Positions 1-11,830 of a stretch of 64,000 nt of DNA are shown here, piece by piece. Numbering within the stretch: position 1 is the first letter of the stretch; each line of letters starts with the position of its first letter. The stretch covers positions 1,612,001-1,676,000 of the forward strand of contig CM068756.1 of NCBI GenBank assembly GCA_035084275.1. Reading direction: 5' to 3'. The translations under genes and the position numbers were made by a program. The DNA is from Hydrolagus colliei. Its lineage: Eukaryota. The notes under the pieces are model-generated. The model ran no database searches. It had not been told where the DNA came from and was given only the letters and a program-made list of their open reading frames with translations.

Positions 1-295
1 AGAGAGAGAAGGTGGTAGAGGGGGATGGGTGAGAATGGAGGTTTTTCCTTTGAGAATCTATCTTGTTTTGCTGCTCTGCCTGCCCTTCCTGCCTCCAGCG
101 ACATAAATCTGCTCCATCTGATAGCAGATGGGCTTTTTAGAAGCTCCGACTGTTCTTTAAGGAAACACTTCTATGAACTCTGGCACAATAAATAACACTA
201 CCTGTAATATGTCTTTGGAACGGTGTCAAGTCGTGCTGTCCTACAATGCATTTTTATTTTTAACTGCTAAGTACAGTAGATGTATTCCAGGGGAG

Positions 296-321
296 CTGGC
301 TGGCTGGCTGGCTGGCTGGCT
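296..321. repeat. (GGCT)n microsatellite
   Basis: ctggctggctggctggctggctggct read directly. Confidence 0.9.
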
Positions 322-824
322 CTCAGACAAGGGGATATAGAAAAAGTACGAGTGGAACATGCAATGCACACACTGCGTCTAGATAATGATTCAGAGACTT
401 TGTGCAATGCAAGTTAGTGACTCGGAACAAAAATAGTCCATTCACATTGGTGCATCTCACTACCTCACAGCTGGCCAGCCCGTCAAGACAGAAATGTCCC
501 AGACAGAAAGGAGGTTTGGTATAGTTTCCTGCAGCTGGTTTGCATTTTTTTAAGAAACATTTTGATATTTGTACTATTTTTTCTTTAATCTTACAATGCA
601 TTGAAAAGGTTTACGTCACAGTGTGCAATAATCACTGTTATTTTCCTGCGTTTGCTTGTCCCCTTAGAAAGACGCTCATAGCAACAACAACAACAACAAA
701 ATAGCATCTTACATGTCAGGAAGGCCTCCTAAGGCTTTCCTGGACAGTCAACGTTTCAGACCCGAGCTGGGGTTGCGGACGGGAAGGGTGGAGGGAAAGG
801 GGGGATTTGGGGTGACAGACGGGA

Positions 825-910
825 CAGTCGAAGAGGAGGGTCCTGGCGAGGGTAGGGAGGGGGGCAAGGCAAAGGGACTGCGGGATGGAGTTCCAGAGGT
901 TGGAAGCAGA
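825..910 (-). mobile_element. L2-clade LINE ORF2 C-terminal fragment (decayed)
   Basis: Minus-strand translation SASNLWNSIPQSLCLAPLPTLARTLLFD resembles the L2 ORF2 terminal motif APxLWNSLPxxLR...LKTxLF. Confidence 0.55.
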
Positions 911-1073
911 GAGAGAGAAAAAAGGAGAGAAAGAGAGCACACAGACACACAAGTCTAATTTACCCCGGTGAAATATTGTTGATAAGCTATTTGCTGTTTA
1001 AAAATGTAATGTACCAGATTGTCACTAATACATCAAAGCATGTCATTTGAAATATTGCCCTCTTATTGGATCA

Positions 1074-1161
1074 TAATACTGTAATAATAATCCTTGCATT
1101 TGATGTAGCGCCTTTCATGTTGGGAGGACATCACAAAGCGCTTCACACGGTATGTGTAAAG
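1074..1161 (-). mobile_element. Deu-SINE/L2-type 3' tail fragment
   Basis: aataatccttgcatttgatgtagcgcctttca is the reverse complement of the ...gcgctatatcaaatgcaaggattatt tail shared by many copies in this window. Confidence 0.8.
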
Positions 1162-2729
1162 CATATGCATAATACCCTGTGCCTACATATAAAAATGTTG
1201 CTACACTTGACAGTAATTATTGGTGACGCACTTAGAGATGTTTCAATGTGGGAAAGGGCTATAAAAATGCTAATTCTTTCTCTAATTTTCAAAAAACAAT
1301 TTGAATTTTGGGATCAATACTAAAAAATGTTTTTAGCTGATGGACCCGATGTGAATATACTGTGGTTGAACCCAATCAATATGAAAAAAAAACTTATTTG
1401 TGCATTTAATAATGAAATCAGGTCATGTCAATAGTTGCGGGTGATGGACCCAATGATCAGCAGCGCGATCTGATACTAGGAACGTATATAGAGAACAGCT
1501 TTCACTGCATTCACTTTCACTCAGCTCAGTGCAATCAGTCTGGGGCTCCATCCCTACCAGAGATAGCTAACAGTTACCCACTGTTGCTTAAGTAGCACAT
1601 GCAACGCCATGTGTTAAAGCAATCAATGGTATCTATTAATTATCATCGAATGCACTGTTTATTGCTTATTAAATAATCTGCTCACATGGAGCTTTATAAA
1701 AAGTAATTACAAATTTCCTTCTGTTCAAACCTATCCACACACTAAAAAAAAACTTAAAACAAATCTACATTTAGTCCCGTATTGTACAAAACGTTGGGCA
1801 TTGCAATATACCAACCAGATGCAGATATTTAAATTTTTTAAAAAATGTTCCCTCTTAATTGGAATTTCTTTCTGCCTCTCCTCAAGACTCCTGCCCCCTC
1901 TATTCAGGTTTAATTTGTCATTTGTTTTAAGTCGATCTTCCTTCTATCGCTCCAAAACTCGATAGTCTTCTTCCATCTAATCTTTCTCCGATTGTTCTGA
2001 GCATCTTGTTTCATTACAATCATTTACAGTCTCAAATCGTGTTCCTCGTGACTTTTCTGACTCACTTCTGCGATGTAGTACGGCGGTACCTCTGAACATC
2101 AACAAAACTTCTTCCAATTCACCTTAGTTTCATGCAATCACAAGAGAGGTTCAGATTAGGAAAGCTATTCGGCCTATTAGAGGCCTCATCCTTCCTTCGT
2201 GAACACCAAACCTATATAATATTGTGTTACACACAACCTCATTAACTAACCTATTTAGATTGCATTATATTACATTTTACTACACCGATGTTAAAGGTCT
2301 ACATCAAAGTAGAAGTGCACCAGCAATATGATAAACCAGTGTACTTGCTATACCTTTACACATGACATGGTTGAGAAGTGTGTTCCTGATACCAATTCCC
2401 ATCAGTGTCCCATCTTTCCCATCAGGATATTCCTACCTCGGTATAGATTTACCTAATTTTTGCTGCGGCTGCGTATTAGAACTCCAGAATTTGTAAATTG
2501 TTATGTTGAGCCTCAGCTCTGAAACTGCTTTCCTGCCCTTCTTACAAGAAAGTTAGTTACAAGACAACCAGACTCACAGACTGTGTTTGATAAGTAACAA
2601 AATTCTGCTCTGGAATGCTTGTGATAAGGAGAGTAAATCTAGACCCGCGTGGAATCTCTCCGTATTTATGACAGCAAAATATGTATTTATTTATTTATTT
2701 ATTTTATACATTAAAAAAAATTAAATCAA

Positions 2730-3015
2730 CTTGTTAATGTCTCCTGATAAAATTAATTACCTGTTAAAATCACATTTACAGCAGAGCAAGCTGAAGTTTC
2801 TCGTTAGAGCTCCTCGGTTATGTAATTAAAAATGCAAATCTTATAACAGTAGCTGGCGATAAAAGTCCAAGCCCTGAAATGACAAATGTATTATTCTCCC
2901 TCTTCCTAAAGCTCCCCGATGATCTGTTTGTCCACTTCATGAATTCAGAATCAGCCAACCAATATTCACCGGGCTCAGCCCATGTCAAAGTACAATCGCT
3001 TGATATTTTCAGGGG
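2730..3015. promoter_or_regulatory. Candidate conserved non-coding element
   Basis: Repeat-free, high-complexity block with TAATTA, ATGCAAAT and TGACA motifs. Conservation not tested. Confidence 0.3.
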
Positions 3016-3349
3016 AGATATGTGGGGAGGAATGGTGGTGATGGTGTGGAGTGGAGAGGGGCTGGGTGTGGGGGCGGTGGGGTGGAGGTGGAAGAGAGAG
3101 AGAGAAAAAAAATAATAGGAGGGGAATATTAGGATGTAATTACAGGAATCTCACACGCCAACCATTTCAAAATGCATTCAGCGGAGATAATATTGAGCAT
3201 CATCTTCCGCAAATGAAACACTGGGCACTTTAGGGGAGACAGAGGAGGCTTGAGTGTGCGTGCATTTTTCAGCTGCTTGTGAATATTGTGGCTTATGAAG
3301 GCCTTTCCCGCAATGACTGCAACCCCCTCCCGACTCCCTCCCCCCCACC

Positions 3350-3880
3350 ACCCCCATGGACAAAGCGTTCAGCGCATTTTATCACAAACTGTAGCATTTC
3401 TCCGGTTGCCGACAGAGTCCAATTTAAAAAAATATCACACCAAAAAAAAAATCACCCATGAATAAATCACCGTTTAACTCTCTGAGCCTCAGATCTCTCC
3501 TCAGCAATGTTCAAAGCGTGGCGGGTTTCCCAGATCCCATTAACATGGAGAGATGAATTGTTGCGAGCGCCTTATGAATTAAGTCGACGGAGCCACGAAA
3601 TCATTTGATTGCTTTTCTGACTGAAAGGGAATGTGTGTGTGTGTGCGTGTGCGTGTGCGTGTGTGTGTGTGTGTGCGTGTGCGTGTGTGCTTGTGGGGAT
3701 GTGGGAGGAAGAGAGGCAGAGGAAGGAAGAAGAAAGAGATTTGCTGTGCGGCTTCATTTGTCATGGAAGCCACCAACTAGGCATGGAGGGGTTAATGAGA
3801 CACGGCCATTTTGTCGACAATTTAAATTCTGCAGAGCCAGCAGCATATGAAAAGGCTGCAGCCTTTGCCCATTATCTCTT
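3350..3880. promoter_or_regulatory. Candidate conserved non-coding elements / promoter-proximal region
   Basis: Unique sequence with retained CpGs and homeodomain-type motifs, interrupted only by microsatellites. Confidence 0.3.
3632..3690. repeat. (TG)n/(TGCGTG)n compound microsatellite
   Basis: Direct reading; alternating purine-pyrimidine tract. Confidence 0.95.
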
Positions 3881-4109
3881 CTCTCTCTCTCTCTCTCGTC
3901 GCAAACGCTTAACAAGACAAAATTAAAAAGGATTCCAGTTGACCGTACAATGAACAACGCTGCAACAGAATCCAGAGCCCACATGATAGACAAGTAACAA
4001 TCTCTCCCTCTCTCCCCACCTCAACCCCCCCCAAAAAATGGTACAATTCAGGTTTATATGGGGGAGTGGGGTGGGTGGGGAAGGGGGTAGGAAACGTTCT
4101 CGCACGCAC

Positions 4110-4297
4110 GGAGAGTGGTCACATTAGCTTGGTCACATGGATTCAAGCAAATCCCAGAAAGAAAAGGGAAATAAAAGGAGCTGGCACAGTAATTTGCAGC
4201 TGTCGGCAACTGCTTTTAAAACATGATTACGTCGCTCGCCACCAATATGACTGGGAGCAGGAGTGTAGTGCGCAGCTTAGAGCAGAGAGACGGCAGG

Positions 4298-4300
<3 letters not shown>
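4110..4300 (-). promoter_or_regulatory. Candidate Pol II core promoter
   Basis: CCAAT 4242-4246, TTACGTC (CRE-like) 4227-4233, TTTTAAAA 4214-4221, GGTCACAT twice (4117, 4131), local CpG retention, flanking GA repeat. Orientation inferred from motif order. Confidence 0.3.
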
Positions 4301-4340
<40 letters not shown>

Positions 4341-4348
4341 GAGAGAGA
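4301..4348. repeat. (GA)n microsatellite
   Basis: Direct reading. Confidence 0.95.
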
Positions 4349-6116
4349 CTATTCCAGGCTCCGGAAACTTGGGATAACTCTCCGTCCGGATGCTCATCGC
4401 GTTTCTAAATCATTAAAAAGAAAATAAAGTAGATGGCACGATGGTGCTCATTGCCTAACAACAAACAGAACAGCTTGCATTTCCGAAGCACCATTCACCC
4501 AGTATAACATCTCTGAAGGCTTTGCCCAAGTGGGGAAAAATGGGGGGGGGGGGGGGGTGGGGGGTGGTCTGTCAGGGGCAGGGAGTGAACTGGGCTTCAT
4601 TATGAAATTGTAGCCACATTTTGCGCCCATCGATGAATGCCCTGAGTTCAACATACCAGTTGCCATCATCAGTGAATACAGAAGCGGTTGAAAAGTACTT
4701 CCTTGACAATCTCCCCCGTCTCCCCGAAGTTTTAACCTGGATCATTTCTAGCCTCTCTAAACCAGCGCGACAGTGAAAAGGTAATTCAACAGGGTGGAAA
4801 AACAGATTTCTAATTCCGGCCCTGAATAATGCAGCTCCATCTTTTGAAAGTTTATAAGGAGACACCTTCCCGCCCCGCATGCAACTGCCTCAACCTTGAA
4901 CCAGTGCATGGTCTGTTCAACACCTCCTTGTGTGAATAAGCAACCCACTGCTTCACAGTACCAGCTCATGCAAAACTGGACCAACTAGTTCGCTTCCTTT
5001 ATTAACACTGCACTTCCTTTATTACCACGATAACAATCATCAAGCAAATATATGGTCATCAAACTAAAAATTTTAAGGAGACATTGAACAGCCAGGTATA
5101 CGCAGGTTCCCAGTCACATATTGAGGGAATTAGAAATGCAAGCGTTACTTGGTAACAACCACGATAAAATGATTAAGCTTACCGGTTCTCACTGAGAAAG
5201 ATCGCAATCACACAAGTTCAAGGAAAAGTCCTCATGGAGTTTGGCCCATGCCACTTCAACCCTAGGCGAGGGCTACACGGCTGGTAATTTTGTAACAGAA
5301 ACAAGTTTACTAAACAAAAAATAAATAGCAGAGCATTTGGCATTATCTTGGGCATTAAGGCAGTAATGAATGAGGAGGCGTGCATATATTGTGAGCATTA
5401 ATACGCCAGTGTTATGAGGCAAAGCCAAGTGCTTTAAATGACAGTGGTGTGCAAACTCCCACAGCGAACACAAACTCCTCATCCATCATCGCCATTGAAT
5501 TGCAGATTTTGTTGTAGGTTGAGGTTTGTTCAAAAGCACTTGGGAGTGTGAAGGACAGCTGCTTATTGCGGGGTTTCCCACACCTGAATGCCAATCAGAC
5601 TCCTCCTTTATGAATACTCCTACGTGATAGCCCTTAAAACAGCTCTTCAGTACGCAGATTGATTGCCACCTCTTGTCTCTATTCCTGCGCTCTTGTAGCC
5701 GAAGATGTCCGCGTGTTCGGGCAAGAGGATAGGTGTGTAGATGAGTGGACCTTCCAACTCCATAGCAACACAGCAAAGGGTTTCTTTGTTGGCAGACACA
5801 CAATACAAACCTATCAGTTCAAACCTCCTCTGTTCTCTTACATAGAGTCGTGCTAGAGACACACAATTCCTTGATACATGAGCACCCTGTCATACTCTAT
5901 CCTGTGTGAGGGGCGCTACATAAATGCAAGTTGTTGTCATTCCCAGATTATGTTTTCTCTCTGTGGACTTGCCTGGACAGGAGCAGAGGTTTGACGGGCC
6001 CCTTCTTTGGGTTGAAATGAGGAGCATCCTTGAGCATGCTGACCAAGGTCCATCGATCGCATTCTTGCTTCTATCTGGGTCTGGAAAATGACCCAAGGTG
6101 GAACTCCATCTCAAAT

Positions 6117-6289
6117 GGGGGAGGGGGGAGTTGAGGCGGGCGGGTGGGGGGGAGGGGGGGAGTTGAGGCGGGGAGGGGGAGTGGGGAAGTTGAGGTGGGG
6201 TGGGGGAGGGGAGAGTTGAGGCGGGGTGGGGGAGGGGGGAGTTGAGGCGGGGTGGGGGAGGGGGGAGTTGAGGCGGGGTGGGGGGAGGG
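6117..6289. repeat. G-rich minisatellite, ~26-bp unit, 6 copies
   Basis: AGTTGAGG core at 6129, 6161, 6188, 6214, 6240 and 6266, embedded in G runs. Confidence 0.9.
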
Positions 6290-7892
6290 AATGACATGTC
6301 CCTTCTCGCTGTCATGTGGGCATTAAGGAAAGAACAGCCATGCTGTACGAAAGGAAATCAATAGCAATGCAGTGTGGCACTTGTACTGTTTGTGGGTCAA
6401 TAAAAGGAGGTTGAAGTTCCTTTAATTCGATTCCCTGCAAAGTGTCCCTTTGCCGATCATTAAAGTTTAGTGAATAGCGTTTCGACAGCACAATGTACAG
6501 GTCCATTGCTGCCAGCACAGTCTTTACTGTCACCATAATCTCACCCGTCTCCAGCACACGTGCTCGCGCAAGTATCCGAGGCCTACGTACATTGCAGGGA
6601 AAAAATTATTAAAACGGTAAAACGAAATGCACAGGCTCACTGCATTAAGCCTGCAAGTTCGAGTGGGCTCCAACAACAGCGACAGCTTGCATTTATATCG
6701 TGCCCTTCATGCCGGTAGCATCCCAGAGCAAGTAGGCTAATGGGCTACCATTTGTGATCTCAAGTTGAGATAGACCCAGCAAACACATGTCAAGCAATCA
6801 AGCTGTATACTCACGACACACATTTCAGTTAGCCATGCAAAAATCCAAATGTCTTCTCCCCTCACCTAGACTCGAACCCGTGACTCTGGGAGTGCAGGCT
6901 GACTGCAGTTAGTACAGAGTTAGCATAGTTCTTTCCAGCTTTTATTTAGCAGAAGTAGTGTTGTTGATCCGCCGGGACACCTACAGTTAAAGTCAAGATT
7001 CTCTTCAAGGTCAATGACAGATTAATGTATTGATTGCATATTAAAGTGTCGTGTGATTAATATACCTTTAGAAGTAATTAGTGCTACAGATCTCTGATAG
7101 CTTTACACTTTAAATAATGCATCTTAGAACACAGACACCACGTCAATCTTACTAAGTGATACGACATGTCATATCACATGAAAACTAATCTGGAAGCTGG
7201 GCAATCTGCCTGCTGAATATCTAAAACAGCAAACACACCAAATTAGCAGCACTGACATTGCTGCTCCTTGTACATCACTTCAACTGATAACATCCGCAAT
7301 ATGTGGTTGCTATATCAGGGATATAAACTTTTGTGTCTTGCTACTGCACCAACTCAAAAATGATACCCCCAAATCATCAAAGAAAATCCTGAAATGTTTC
7401 ACATGTTTAGCCTCATGGCCATTGTAACACTGTGCTCAATTCTTAAATTCGGAAACCGCATTTCCTTTTACTTCAAGACAATGAGAATCAACCACACCCA
7501 CGCACGCACCCACACACAGACATGCACAAACACACAAACAATTCTGAACATTTGCACTTCCCCAATTTCAGCTCTTAAACCTATGGAGGTTTGCCGCAAA
7601 CTGCAGTGTGCAATCCTGACGAGCATCGCAGCCATTGCTCTCTGTGTCTCCTCAAAGAAACCCTTGCAGTAAAGGGGGAAATATGAAGGAGCAAGACCAT
7701 TAGAGCAAACATACCATGAAACCTGAAAGTTACAAGCACTGTAAACCAGGTTAGACTGGCTGTGTTGCGAGCCACAAGTGGTCCATTACGGCTCCTTTCA
7801 TTGTAATAAGCAACGTCAACATCAAAATGCCAGTATTCTAGTTGATGAGATGCTTGAGTTAAGTCAGTCAAACCTCTTGAGGAAGTACCTCT

Positions 7893-8002
7893 TTGGGGTA
7901 CAGAAAGCAAAAGGCAGGTAAATGGGATGGAAAGGATTGTTCTTCAAAGAGTCAGCACAGACACGATTGGCCAAATGGTCTTCTGTGCTGTAAATTTATT
8001 TT
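7893..8002 (+). mobile_element. CR1 LINE 3' end
   Basis: ggggtacag...ggcaggtaaatgg...aaagagtcagcacagacacgattggccaaatggtcttctgtgctgta matches the other CR1 3' UTR copies in the window. Confidence 0.7.
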
Positions 8003-8472
8003 GCCAGAACACTGAAACTACAGAGAAAAAAACGCTTCCAAACATAGATAGATTTTAAGATTTCTCAGGAGCGGGAATGGCAGATCATTTTTTCTCAGTC
8101 CCCAGTCTAGGATTTCCAAAGGGCAATTGTTACGACCCAGCTGTCTCTATTATTAGCCCCATCAAAAAGTTCCTCCTAGATTTCAGAGAATAAATCTGAC
8201 GCAAAATGGTTTCAGAGAGAAGACTGAAGAAAGATTGAGGGAGAAGAATTGATTGAGGGGGTAACAAAAGCTGTCCAGAAAGCAAAACTAAATTAAAGTA
8301 CACTGAGGAGACGCTGACTTTTCAGACTCTGTAAAATATTTATTCCACGTGGATCGTGCGGCGTTCTTACAATTTAAAAATAATAATACAGGAACACAAG
8401 TAAATCTACTACAGGACCAGGTCACAGCTGCGACAGTTAAAATGAGAATGATTGGAGAAACACATTGTAAGG

Positions 8473-8605
8473 ATAATAATAAAAATCCTTGCATTTGATA
8501 TAGTGCCTCATCAAGCCACTGAGAAGTCTCAAAGCGCGTCACAGGATCTATTGTAAATTGGATTGACTGTGTATTTTGTGGGCGAAACGAGGCAGCCAAT
8601 TACAC
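8473..8605 (-). mobile_element. Deu-domain SINE 3' part
   Basis: Tail atccttgcatttgatatagtgcc followed by tattttgtgggcgaaacgaggcagccaatt. Confidence 0.8.
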
Positions 8606-9570
8606 CCAGATAAATGTAAATCTGGTTGAGCGATCTTAATTTAGACTATTCGATCAATCCGACCTTGTAAGCAATCTTTAATCGGGAATCGGTTCGACTT
8701 CTTATCAGAATAGTGAAAATTTCCCTTTGATCCTCCAAAAAACAAACATTGCTATTGGGTTTCAAGTGGACGAACCATAAAAATGGCAACATTTTGTGGC
8801 TGAGATAAGAGTAAACCACTTTTCAGAGGGCTCCGTTTTATTTTTTTGAAAAGAATGTGCATTTTTCAGGATTCATTGCTGGGCACAGCCTATGAATCTT
8901 TGACTTCATAAATGGTGACGCGATTCAACTTGACTGAATTTTTGTATTCAAGCCTGGAAACATGCAGTTGTTTAGTTTGTTTTAATATTTCATTTGCTTT
9001 AATTAATCTGGCTGGAAATTGCGAGGAATTTAGTAAACTATCTCTCTTAACGTACAACCAGCTGAAACCGTATGAAGTGTTAACTTTGCAATTTATTTTA
9101 ACAAACACTAGCAGACATGGAAACTCCCTTCCCCTCCTTCTACCACTTGTACACTCCTCCCCCCATTTCTCCCCCTCCTCTCCCCACCAAAAAATACATG
9201 CTGTATTGATGAAGCTCCAATCTATAGAGCTGCGAAAGATTCACAGCTCACGTAGTGAAGGCAAAATCTCTTAACCTCACCCATAAACATCAAAAGATCC
9301 CAGCACTACTTCTACTCCCACCCAGCCCCTCCAGCTGCATGGGGAAAAATAGTATATCTGCCAAGCCAACTCCTCATAAATCTTTTTTCAATCAAAAATA
9401 CAACTGCAAAATGGCACATCAAAAATTACTTCCACCAATGATGATCCTGAGGCTAATAGCAGTAAAGTCCCAAAGCAAAGCCATGTACCAATGCTGCTAC
9501 CTCCCCTCTTATGTCTGCCTTTCACTGTCTTTGTTGAGCTTTCTCACAAATACACAGGCACTACACTTCA

Positions 9571-9867
9571 CAATAATAATAATACAATAATAGTCCTCGC
9601 ATTTGATATAGTGCTTTTCACAACTTCTAGACGTCTCAAAGCACTTCACAGAATATACTGTAAAGTGAATTGATTGTATATTTGTGGGTGAAACACAGTA
9701 GCCAATTGCGCACAGCAGTGTCCCACAAACAGTCGTGGATTGAAATGACCAATTTATTATTGTTTGTTTTTTGAGGGATTATTATCAGGCTGGAGCAAGG
9801 AAACTTGCCCAAGGTTTTGCCCTGCCTGGAACTGAACACAGGTGTCTCGCTAGTAAGTCGAGTGCTC
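9571..9867 (-). mobile_element. tRNA-headed SINE with Deu 3' part (short internal variant)
   Basis: Reverse complement reads as a tRNA-like head with a degenerate B box (GTTCAGTTCC), then gggcaagtttcctt, gtttgtgggacactgctgtgcgcaattggct and an (ATT)n tail. Confidence 0.85.
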
Positions 9868-11509
9868 CCGGGAAAATCCCGGGAAGCGCTTTCAGATTCC
9901 GGGACTGCGTGACAAGGCGATGCATCAAACACAAGGACTGTCATTCGCATTGCGAGCTGCAATGCTTGGCTCCAACATCAGATTCCATGGGTTTCAAAGC
10001 GCTTGGTTTCCAACTAAACACGTCACATAAAGTGGATTGTCTTTGTCAAGCCCGCTGAAGTGGACTTGTCAAGTCCTGAAGCTAATGAGATTTTCATTGG
10101 CAGAAAGGTGCCTCTTCTTTAGTATTCTGGGGACAGCGGCTTGCCAAATGTCTGCTTTGGACTGCGAAGGAGGGCTGCCTGTATTTTTTTAAAAATTATT
10201 TTGAGCTATCTGGTGACAAGTGTGATGGGTTATCGCAGAGTAGATGTGCCAGAGTCTATGCATGACAAATCAGTGGTTGCAAATGGCTGTACATAGGCAC
10301 CGGTGGCTGGCAGTGTGGAATGAGAGTCATGTGTGTCTGTCAGGCCGCCTCCACTTGAAAACCGATGAGCTTCCACTTGCCATTCCATTCACTGAGAAGC
10401 AGCGCGTGTGAGGTGAACAATGCATGCGTTCTACATGTAAAAAAAAAATCATCCTCTTCCTGTTTGGTCCCAGCAAGAGTTCACGCGGCAGTGATTTCTC
10501 CAATCGAAGCATGTGCAGCAAGCAAACCAAGTTGACGGGCACGAAGGGAGATGTCGGGACTATCCAGACACAAGTTTCACTCAGCGTCCAGACGACATAC
10601 AAGCCGTGACATGCACTTCTTTAAACATGCCTTGAATCGTAATAAACACGATTTCCTGACGCATTTGCTCTCTCTTTAAAATTAAAACGATATCATATTG
10701 AAACATCACACGTCGTGAGAAATTTGCTTTCGTAAACAAAGCGCCACTCTGAAATCGCCAAATGCTTACTGCAATCACACTCCCTCTTCCCCCTTCCCCT
10801 CCTCGCTCCTGCCTGCAGGGATCACACACAGGATGAAAGCTTCCCATCACCTTTATCAGTGCACAGAAGGCTAGTCATTGCTAATCTCTGCCGTCTGCTT
10901 TATTACAATTTTAAGCATGAAAATCGCACCTAATTCCAAATGTCCCAGCTTGCTGCTGTAAGCAATGGGCGCAAAAATCAAAGGCAATGAGTACTGCAGT
11001 TTTGAATCTCACTTGGTGACATTGGCTTCTGTCCTTACTACTGTTATGGAGCTTGGCTGAGTGCTTGGCATCAGTAAGCCGTTAAAGCTGTATTTGATCA
11101 GTACAGAAGAAAAACATAATTATGAAACCTGGATGCCATTACACTCATAAGAAATTAAAATGCGTCTCAAGTGGACTGCCAGTGCATCTGATGACTGTCG
11201 GCAGATAGCATTACTCACGGGGTTATTGAAAGGTTACGGACCAGTCCTGCGTGTGTGTGTGTATGTAAAAAAAAGCACCTGTTGTATACCATGTCTTAAC
11301 AAATTTAAACAACAAAGCAGTCCATCAAAAACAATTGGTGCAAAGGGTTTTTTAAATGTTAGCATTTCCTGTAGGATTCAATCAGAAATAGGTGAGCTGT
11401 GTGTGTCACTGAAATCTTAGAGGAGATTTTTGTTGTTTTTATAATTTAAAAAAAGTACAGAAGTGGACTTCTCTTAGCATTAAGGGCTGCTTCGAACAAT
11501 TAACAAGCC

Positions 11510-11830
11510 CCAAGTAATTTTTTGAAAATGTCAGGGGCTCATTTAGCAAAGGATAAATAATATATGAGGCATAATTACTGTCTTGAGCCACTGTATGGTT
11601 TACCCGTGCCATTAGTAAACTAACGGTATAATATCTTCATGTCACAGTTTAATTATATGTTGTAATTAGTTTCAGCGATGGATTCCAGTGAGTCAGATCC
11701 CTTGAGCTAAACAAAAGGTAATGGAACTTTCTGCAGGCTGCATTAATCAATTATGAAAGTGTCTTGGGTTATTTGATGCTTGTTTACATTAATTTTATGC
11801 AATAAAACTGCTGAATCTTATCATTAGTGC
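11510..11830. promoter_or_regulatory. Candidate conserved non-coding element
   Basis: Repeat-free AT-rich block dense in TAAT/ATTA, with TGTTTAC (Fox-type) and TGAGTCA (AP-1). Conservation not tested. Confidence 0.35.

Noticed and set aside
455-540. Possible let-7 precursor (TGAGGTAGT on minus strand; GGAGGTTTGGTATAGTT on plus strand)
   Set aside because: The two partial matches are on opposite strands, and neither gives a full mature let-7 in a correctly ordered hairpin.
5890-6315. 141-aa proline-rich ORF
   Set aside because: Translation of the G-rich minisatellite; no domain.
7005-7013. ERR-type sites TCAAGGTCA (7005; reverse at 56320 and 58867) as a clue to locus identity
   Set aside because: Three 9-mers in 64 kb is too close to chance to support a gene call.
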